DNA of 64,000 nucleotides from Oculina patagonica (Eukaryota): NCBI RefSeq assembly GCF_052425735.1, contig NC_135759.1, positions 14,074,001 to 14,138,000 of the forward strand, read 5' to 3'. Shown piece by piece: positions 61,801 to 64,000 of this stretch (position 1 is its first letter; each line of letters starts with the position of its first letter). The notes under the pieces were generated by a model. It saw only the letters and a program-made list of their open reading frames with translations, ran no database searches and was not told where the DNA came from. The position numbers and the translations under genes were made by a program.

Positions 61801-63883
61801 ACAGCTAGAAATGGCAAGCCAATATAAACTATTAAAATATTGACTTCTTCTCTCTTACAAAATTAATTCTTGGTTCCATAATTTTGCATGCTTTGTCTGA
61901 AAATCATATAATTTTGCTAGGGATATGGTTGAATTTGATCATGTGGTGCACAGCATACATATACTATACTGCATGCCTCAGACCTTGTGTAACCTGATAT
62001 TATAATAATTGTGAATGTAATTCTTTCCTCACAGCCTCCAAAGTACAGTGATCAACAAGATACAGGTAATTTATTTATAAATAAATCTACAGATATAGAT
62101 ACCTAGATACAGAATGTCAATTTTTGTTAAGGTGGAACCCACCTTAATCCAACCTTATTGTTCATGGCTCATTGCCGGCTGAGCGAGATCAATTTGCTTT
62201 GCTTGTTTAGTAACGTGAGCAGTGACCACCAGTTAATTACAGCATTTTGAAATGTTACTTTATTTTTTAATGTAAAATTTACAGAATGTTAATTTTGGTC
62301 CTTGATCAAAACACCCTTGTGTAGCTGACAGAATAACAAAATTAACCGATAATACCACAGAATGACATTGTCAGATAAATTGTTTATGTTTAGTCACTAG
62401 CAAGAAAAACTGTTTATTGAAGTATTGTTAATATCACTTAAATATACAGACTTGTAATCCCACCACAGAATTAATTAACAGAGTGGTCATAATGGTTTTG
62501 TGATTAAACTTTGCAAAAACTTAATATTGTGTAGTTCCATAAATTATCCATACCTCCCCCACAGAAGGGATTTTTCCTAAGACCCTCCTCCCCACCCCTC
62601 TGGGAATACCATTGAAGGTTCATACATGTCCTTAAAGTTTTTGGCCTCCCACCCCCAGGAATTTCCAATCCCTTCTGTGGGGGGAGCATGGACATTTTCT
62701 GGAACCACACGTTTAAAATCATTTGTTTGTTTTTACAGTTGAACCTCCTCCTCCTCGTCGGCCTCCAAAACCTGGAAGTTTAAAGGCAAAAAAGGCTCCT
62801 TTTATGCCACCAGCACCCATTGAGCAGGTAAGAACTTGCGATTGTTCTTTTGCAATTTTCTTTTGAGATTTTTTTTATAGAGACCAATAATCATATGAGT
62901 TTACATAACTGAAGCAGAAATGATAGTTGGTTATTGAACAATGTCTCTGCCAAACTTTGCCAATGGCTTACAAAGTCCCATCCAGGATATAATGTCCAGA
63001 CTAAATTTTATTATTATACTATAGAGATGTATAATCCATGTGAACAAACTTGAAAAAGATGTTAAAATACATTTGTTTTTCTTGTGAAGTAGTAGAGTCA
63101 ATAACTGAGTAAAAAATGTAAATAATGCAAGTGGTCAATGCACTTAGCTTCAAGATAGCTAGTTTCCAGGCATGCACATGGAACAGAGGAAAAAAGTATT
63201 TTAAATGAATGTACATGTAACATGGTTTAAAATCCCAAATGGCAGGAGGCAGACCAGTTAGCTTCATGCACAAACTGTGACTGAGGAGTTGAGTCAGGAC
63301 AACCAAGTACAAATCCAGCTAATGGCAGGGTACCTAGAGGGCTTAAACCTGGAACCTCCAGATTACAACACCAGCAACCTTAACCACTCAGCCACGCTGC
63401 CTCCACTAAATAGTCTTATTATTAGCCTATATTGTCCACACTCATTATTGTAGGATAAATGTCTGCAAGTATAGGAGACAAGCTTCACAATAATGTGATC
63501 TGTCTGACCACATCTTGTTTTGTTCTACAATGCATTTACCAATAATTAAGTTAAAGATTTGTCCTTTCAAGAAAAAATCATAATTTGTAGTCTGAGTTTG
63601 AACACACTGGACTATATTATTAAAGTACAACTAGTGAGTCTGTTTGACTTTTGTCTGTTTTTTTTATTTATTTTATCTTTGTAGGAAATATATGATGAGG
63701 TACCAGAGGATGAACAATTAGGTAGAATGCAAGTTGTTGAACCTGAACAAGAAACATATGAGGTTCCTGATGACGGAACTCAGGACAATGGATTCCCACA
63801 ACAGCAGCAGCAATTTACTGAAACATATGAGGTGCCTGATCATCCTGATGAACCAGAAACATATGAGGTGCCTGAGGAACCAG
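34888..63883 (+). CDS. LCP2: SLP-76/LCP2 (BLNK/CLNK family)-like adaptor: N-terminal SAM domain, acidic YxxP region, Pro-rich region; 3' end lies beyond the window
   Basis: 15 GT-AG, phase-consistent exons: 34888-34956, 37651-37713, 38799-38851, 38953-39009, 40189-40262, 41529-41581, 52937-53006, 54331-54371, 54751-54831, 59551-59626, 61219-61254, 61403-61479, 62035-62065, 62739-62827 and 63685-63883 (about 356 aa). The SAM segment WDTERLVMWLREESLHDC...INGLAFLNLSDGDI resembles SLP-76 WDPDSLADYFKKLNYKDC...IDGARFLNLTENDI (recalled). Other motifs: GWCTDEF, YIEP, YDEP, YEQP, YDEV, 3x YEVP and PPPRRPPKP. The SH2 domain is not within the window. Confidence 0.8.
37827..38159. mobile_element. Harbinger-like MITE
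   Basis: Termini TAGGGAGTTT ... AAACTCCCTA. Confidence 0.55.
38284..38555. mobile_element. MITE
   Basis: TIR TAGAGCAGGTTTCAATTGAGTGTCG ... CGACACTCAAGTGAAAACCGCTCTA, with internal CCAATCA/TGATTGG palindromes. Confidence 0.8.
39418..40114. mobile_element. Non-autonomous element with subterminal inverted repeats (Helentron/Crypton-like; uncertain)
   Basis: TTATTGTTGCGGGCCC near the left end and GGGCCCGCAC...CTAGTT at the right end. Confidence 0.4.
40756..40934. mobile_element. hAT-like MITE (related fragment at 22381-22540)
   Basis: CACTGGTGTATCCAGACCTT ... CCCCTAGATTCGCCACTG. The same family begins CAGTGGCGGATCCAGACCTT at 22381. Confidence 0.6.
42089..43946 (-). pseudogene. Gypsy pol, C-terminal part (integrase HHCC/DDE, GPY/F, extra C-terminal domain), disrupted
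   Basis: In frame with the upstream ORF once the insertion is removed (ACLIPQA-DCLDPV...). Motifs HDSPVGMH..CPAC, IDY, SDQG and TERV are present. There is a 1-nt frameshift at ~42676 before RFDGPY and an in-frame TGA at 42367-42365. Confidence 0.9.
43947..48075. mobile_element. 4.1-kb non-autonomous TIR transposon (P-element-like) inserted in Gypsy pol
   Basis: Perfect 24-bp TIR CAGAAGCATATAACCCCGAAGCGT ... ACGCTTCGGGGTTATATGCTTCTG and a 7-bp TSD GCTTGAG (43940-43946, 48076-48082). No transposase ORF. Confidence 0.92.
46270..46566. mobile_element. hAT-like MITE nested in the P-like element
   Basis: CAGGGTTTGTACA ... TGTACAAACCCT, with internal TTTCCAGGAC repeats. Confidence 0.65.
48076..52172 (-). 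CDS. Gypsy gag-pol, N-terminal part (gag with CCHC knuckle, protease, reverse transcriptase, RNase H)
   Basis: ORF 48063-52205 contains CYTCGETNHLSRYC, LDSCCSVSLV, PRFVVDYRRLN, LPFGLKTAP, YLDD, ELHVDAS and VVTDH. It is truncated by the insertion at 48075. Confidence 0.95.
52552..52782. mobile_element. MITE with 9-bp TSD, same terminus type as 3455-4733
   Basis: CAATCTTGTTCTCAGAG ... CTCTGGGGACAAGATTT, TSD CAGGGTACC / CAGGTTACC. Confidence 0.75.
54855..58910. mobile_element. Element with about 160-bp TIRs enclosing nested insertions (intron 9)
   Basis: 54855-55018 (CAGTTGATTTCAGTTTACTTTGGCC...GAATTTATTTAAACCTTC) is the reverse complement of 58744-58910. Confidence 0.85.
55271..56744. mobile_element. 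Kolobok-like non-autonomous element (TTAA TSD)
   Basis: TTAA|GGTATCAGCCACC ... GGTGGCTGATACC|TTAA. Confidence 0.85.
62528..62711. mobile_element. MITE
   Basis: TGTGTAGTTCCATAAATTATCCATACCTCCCCC ... GGGGGAGCATGGACATTTTCTGGAACCACAC. Confidence 0.7.
63130..63405 (-). mobile_element. tRNA-derived SINE
   Basis: The minus strand begins GGAGGCAGCGTGGCTGAGTGGTTAAG (A box) ... GGTTTAAGCCC (B-box-like). The central AACTGGTCTGCCTCCTGCCA..TGGGATTTT resembles the Nin-type SINE domain. Confidence 0.65.
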
Positions 63884-64000
63884 GTACATGCACATGCCAG
63901 TTTGATAACCAATAAATTCATCTTGTTAGTACCGAGAAGTAAAAATTCCGACCTATGAATTAGTTCCTCGCGAAGCGAAGCCGAAGGCCGAGCGTAGCGG

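Overview
AT-rich, intron-rich eukaryotic (metazoan) genomic DNA. The repeat families and gene content look like a stony coral or other anthozoan; this is inferred, not proven. Most ORFs in the supplied track are spurious because the genes are spliced. Three host genes were reconstructed by hand from GT-AG sites with consistent phases. (1) An 8-exon CCDC125 orthologue (+, 9299-19296). (2) A 6-exon, 164-aa secreted precursor (-, 21554-24310) with a signal peptide, acidic propeptide, RR site, cationic 8-Cys domain and Pro/Thr/Ser tail; it is a candidate new antimicrobial or toxin family. (3) An SLP-76/LCP2-like adaptor with a SAM domain and YxxP motifs (+, 34888 to beyond the window end, 15 exons seen). 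Intron 6 of the adaptor holds a near-intact antisense Ty3/Gypsy element (41749-52411; 205-bp LTRs with 2 mismatches). Its pol is split by a 4.1-kb P-like TIR element, and its integrase carries an unusual C-terminal extension. The window opens with about 42 copies of a 41-bp repeat whose minus strand reads as a complete 3' splice site (TACTAAC, pyrimidine tract, CAG|GT). There are also many MITEs, a truncated CRE retrotransposon in a (TAA)n tract, and SINE fragments.
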